A stretch of 64,000 bases of DNA from Camelus dromedarius (lineage: Eukaryota). A program made the position numbers and the translations under genes. Below are positions 1-64,000 of the stretch, piece after piece. The first letter of the stretch is position 1. The number at the start of each line of letters is the position of its first letter. The notes beneath the pieces were generated by a model. It saw nothing but the letters and a program-made list of their open reading frames with translations, had not been told where the DNA came from and did not search any database. Location: assembly GCF_036321535.1 (NCBI RefSeq), contig NC_087436.1, positions 112,966,001 through 113,030,000 of the forward strand, in the 5' to 3' direction.

Positions 1-250
1 CATATTTGTCTCGCTTTGCTAAAAGTTTAAATTGCTGATCGACGTAATTATTGACACAGTGGAAAAAACAGACTCACACAGCTGTTCTCTCACCTTTGTT
101 CTGTCCAGACTAACAGAGTAATAAACAGTCGCTGAAGTAAGGGAATCTCTGCTTGTGCCATTTAGTCCAAGTTTATAAAAGTGGAGCCTGGCAAGCACTT
201 CCCACGTTTCATCTGCGTCAGACGCGCGATTTCAAAGAGTATGCAGTTAC

Positions 251-62392
<62,142 letters not shown>

Positions 62393-62695
62393 CTATGTAA
62401 GTGGAAAAAATGATAGATACACCATTTAAATCGAGAAACTAAGGATGTTCTAGAGCAAGCATTAACCCTCAAAAGGCTTATCTTCTGACCATTGATGCAT
62501 CTCATGAAATGTACAAATTTCAAATATATTTGAAGGTTCAGGTTTGCTGAATATTTTCTTTCTCAGCTCTGTCTCTCTCAAGACTGGACAAATATAAAAT
62601 TTCATCATCAAGAAACCCTAAAATGAAATGTCTTATTTCCTCCTACAGATCAATAGATTATCCAGTTCACAGAGGATCATTTCTAAATAGTTTCA

Positions 62696-62893
62696 TATAA
62701 AAATAGATTAAAAATATAATAGATTTAAAAAGTTTCTTCTGTATGGCACAGGAAACTATGTTCAATATCTTGTAATAATCTTTAATGAAAAAGAATATTT
62801 GTATGTATGTGCATGACTAGGGACATCGTGCTGTACACCAGAGACTGACACATTGTAACTGACTGTACTTCCATTAAAAAAACAAAAACAAAA
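62696..62893 (+). mobile_element. Lineage-specific L1 extreme 3' end
   Basis: Closely similar to 53160-53350 (gctgtacaccagagactgacacattgtaactgactgtacttc plus A tail). Confidence 0.85.
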
Positions 62894-63146
62894 GGCAAAC
62901 AGCCTGTGATGAGAAGCATCTATAATGTCCAATTGTAAATAAGTGCAGCACACACACTCCAGGGTGCAGGCCAGTCCTCCTCGGGCGCCTCTGGACCTGC
63001 TGTCCCCGTGGGGAGCTCAGCCTCCTGCTCACATGGGCTTGATGCTCTCGTTCTCATTCTGGGTGTCTCCTTTCTCCTGAGAGCCAGTCCACCAGGTGCT
63101 GCTACTGCTTTGTCCTCATCTCTCCTTCAAACCCACCCCTTCTAGT

Positions 63147-63294
63147 GGGGAGGGTATAGCTCCGTGGTAGAGTGTGTGCTTAGCATGCACGAGGTCCTGG
63201 GTTCAATCCCCAGTACTTCCAATTAAAAGAAAAAACTAACTAAATAAATAAACCTCATTACCCACCCCCTCCAGTAAAGGAAAACTTCATTCCT
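63147..63294 (+). mobile_element. tRNA-Ala-derived SINE, copy 8
   Basis: ggggagggtatagctccgtggtagagtgtgtgcttagcatgcacgaggtcctgggttcaatccccagtacttcc; TSD aacccaccccttctag / aatccactccttctag. Confidence 0.92.
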
Positions 63295-64000
63295 AATCCA
63301 CTCCTTCTAGAACCAAGCCACTCCTCCTTTTTCAGCAAGTACAATCCAAATGCCGAGCCTTCCTTCTGGGCAAGTCTTAGCCGTCCCGGCCATATATGTA
63401 GATATTCACAGTAAGAAGGGACAAACTTATTCTACCTCTGATGGAAACCTTATTATTATAATCCACACCGAGACATTCCACAGCATGGAACACTTCTCAT
63501 CACTAGGAATGAAACGTAGTGTACCTGCGCTGGGGATCTTCAGGTATTCTTCTCAAGTCCTACCTGTTTTTCAAGACCATGCAAAGCTATTTCCTTTCTC
63601 TTACATGTCCAAGGTCACGCTGCTAGCGAGTGAGCCTGCCAGCATTTAATGCTGGGCAGCTGCGGTCCAGCTCCCATGTTCTTCCTGTTCTCCACTCTTT
63701 GCTCCATGGGATATATATAAAAGGACCACTTTTTAGACGTCCCATCCGGGTCGAGGTATATACATGAAGAAGTATGCTTGTGAGTGCCATGTTCCTTTAG
63801 GGCCCTGAGATCGAGTCTAAAGACAAGGCAGCTGATGTTTGCCTCAAATGCACAGAATGACTCTTAGGGGCTACGGAATATAATGGACACGCAGGTCGAG
63901 GCCCCGCGCACAAGGAGAGACAAATGCCCTGAGAGCCAAGGGAGTATATTTTTCCTTCCAAAGCCTCCAGCTGGACTGGGGCTATCATATTCATGGCCCA

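Noticed and set aside
63147..63220. tRNA-Ala(AGC)-like gene (and similar heads at 20353, 32873, 33375, 38927, 44393, 55427)
   Set aside because: Each copy is diverged and followed by an A-rich SINE tail, mostly with TSDs; these are SINE heads, not tRNA genes

Overview
This is mammalian genomic DNA, and the whole window lies inside one minus-strand gene, CC2D2A (MKS6/JBTS9), a ciliary transition-zone coiled-coil/C2 protein. I resolved 23 internal coding exons between 62392 and 251. All have GT-AG boundaries and consistent phases, and they join into an uninterrupted 3333-nt (1111-codon) frame. The start and stop codons lie outside the window. The introns hold typical eutherian repeats: L1 fragments, L2, MIR, MER20/MER5 DNA transposons and ERV1/MaLR solo LTRs. 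They also carry eight copies of a tRNA-Ala-derived SINE that points to a camelid genome. I found no new multi-gene system, and nearly all ORF-track entries outside the exons are chance or repeat-derived. The best leads are four: a tandem NF-kB site cluster at about 47.06 kb, a ~105-bp direct duplication bracketing a symmetric exon, a sense-oriented LTR with an intact poly(A) signal, and inverted SINE pairs that could drive RNA editing or back-splicing. Repeat family names come from remembered consensus similarity, not from a database search.
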